Below, piece by piece: positions 63,064 through 64,000 of a stretch of DNA of 64,000 nt (position 1 is its first letter; each line of letters begins with the position of its first letter). The translations under genes and the position numbers were made by a program. The DNA is from Sulfuricurvum sp. (GTDB lineage: Bacteria > Campylobacterota > Campylobacteria > Campylobacterales > Sulfurimonadaceae), in assembly GCF_028681615.1 (NCBI RefSeq), contig NZ_JAQUHV010000012.1, forward strand, positions 9,152 through 73,151, read 5' to 3'. The notes beneath the pieces are model-generated. The model was given only the letters and a program-made list of their open reading frames with translations, had not been told where the DNA came from and searched no databases.

Positions 63064-64000
63064 ATGAGTACATGGAGCCGATCCAGCTGGAGAGAAAAAC
63101 CGATTAAACAGCAACCGACGTATCCGGATACGGCAGCTTTGGAGCAGATCGAATCACAGCTTCGCAATTATCCTCCTCTTGTTTTTGCAGGCGAAGCCCG
63201 TATCCTCAAGAAAAACTTTGCCGAAGTATGTGAAGGAAAAGCATTTCTTCTTCAAGGGGGCGATTGTGCAGAGAGTTTTTCAGAATTTCATGCGCACAAC
63301 ATTCGTGATACATTTAAAGTAATGATGCAAATGGCCGTAGTCATGACATTTGCAGGGGGAGTTCCCGTTGTCAAAGTAGGGCGTTTAGGCGGACAATTCG
63401 CCAAACCTCGTTCATCCGATTTTGAAACGATTGACGGAATTAGTCTTCCGAGCTATCGCGGCGATATCATTAATGGGGTCGATTTCACTGAAACTGCCCG
63501 TGTTCCTGATCCGTATCGTATGGTTCAAGCATATAACCAATCAGCGGCAACCCTTAATCTGCTTCGTGCATTTGCATCGGGCGGATTAGCCGATTTACAT
63601 CAGGTCCATGCGTGGAACCTCGGTTTCGTCGGACAAAACGAGATGACCAAAAAATACGATGAACTCTCACGTCAAATCGATGATTCTCTCCGTTTTATGG
63701 CAGCATGCGGTATTACTTCGGATACTTACCGAACGCTACGAGAGACCGATTTTTATACCTCTCATGAAGCATTGCTTCTAAATTATGAAGAGGCGTTTAC
63801 CCGACAAGATTCCCTTACAGGAGAATGGTACGATGTATCGTCTCATATGTTGTGGATCGGTGACCGTACCCGTCAACTTGACGGTGCCCATGTTGAGTTT
63901 ATGCGCGGTATCAAAAATCCGATAGGGGTAAAAGCAGGTCCGTCCATGGATCCGGAAGATTTGGTCCGTTTATGCGATATATTGAATCCTAATAACGAAG
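63064..64000 (+). CDS. 3-deoxy-7-phosphoheptulonate (DAHP) synthase, class II; 3' end beyond the window
   Basis: ATG 63064 has AGGAG 7 nt upstream. [22 protein letters not shown]...[10 protein letters not shown]...[13 protein letters not shown] is typical of class II DAHP synthases. The frame is open to the window end. Confidence 0.85.
   Translation, partial: MSTWSRSSWREKPIKQQPTYPDTAALEQIESQLRNYPPLVFAGEARILKKNFAEVCEGKAFLLQGGDCAESFSEFHAHNIRDTFKVMMQMAVVMTFAGGVPVVKVGRLGGQFAKPRSSDFETIDGISLPSYRGDIINGVDFTETARVPDPYRMVQAYNQSAATLNLLRAFASGGLADLHQVHAWNLGFVGQNEMTKKYDELSRQIDDSLRFMAACGITSDTYRTLRETDFYTSHEALLLNYEEAFTRQDSLTGEWYDVSSHMLWIGDRTRQLDGAHVEFMRGIKNPIGVKAGPSMDPEDLVRLCDILNPNNE

Noticed and set aside
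1-64000. CRISPR arrays, IS elements, integrases, prophage genes, rRNA and tRNA genes
   Set aside because: Reading both strands showed no regularly spaced direct repeats, no transposase, integrase or phage-like ORFs and no rRNA or tRNA signatures. The only candidates for foreign DNA are the AT-rich islet at 6.7-7.5 kb and the HepT/MntA pair.

Overview
The window looks like a chromosomal segment from a Campylobacterota (epsilonproteobacterial) genome. The lysS-glyA-DUF1882-SPOR-aroE gene order matches what I recall from Campylobacter and Helicobacter. By eye the GC content is in the mid-40s percent, which suggests a Sulfuricurvum- or Sulfurimonas-like organism, but that is a guess. All calls come from reading the supplied translations and the DNA; no database search was run.

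Layout:
- 0-6.7 kb: an Entner-Doudoroff and glucose cluster (edd, eda, a 1064-aa GH15-like protein resembling the phosphorylase-kinase alpha/beta subunits, glk).
- 6.7-7.5 kb: an AT-rich islet with a small ORF and a frameshifted gene resembling a GNAT toxin.
- 7.5-25.8 kb: housekeeping and signalling genes (dnaJ, recR, hrpB, an RCK K+ channel, a DEAD-box helicase, recQ, slyD, a MASE1-GGDEF protein, a two-component pair). A HepT/MntA toxin-antitoxin pair sits here and overlaps the start of arfB.
- 25.8-54.4 kb: a molybdate/tungstate-associated region, the most unusual part of the window. modE-modA and modD-TOBE-modB-modC lie about 20 kb apart. Between them is a co-directional block with 3 TonB-dependent receptors, 3 class-III periplasmic binding proteins, one FecCD/BtuCD-type permease plus ATPase and a TonB-like protein. 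That block also holds an LLM oxidoreductase, two SAM methyltransferases, a stand-alone protein resembling the TiaS N-terminal domain, a small CxxC protein, a TauE/SafE permease, two paralogous membrane proteins and two proteins resembling truncated globins.
- Within that region, at least eight copies of a spaced palindrome (consensus CGTTATATC-N6-GATATAACG) sit at operon fronts. I read them as ModE-type operators.
- 54.4-64 kb: a conserved housekeeping block (aroE, trpE-like, SPOR, DUF1882, glyA, lysS, fur, cvpA, GGDEF) and a 3'-truncated class II DAHP synthase gene.

I saw no rRNA, tRNA, CRISPR array, transposase or integrase.
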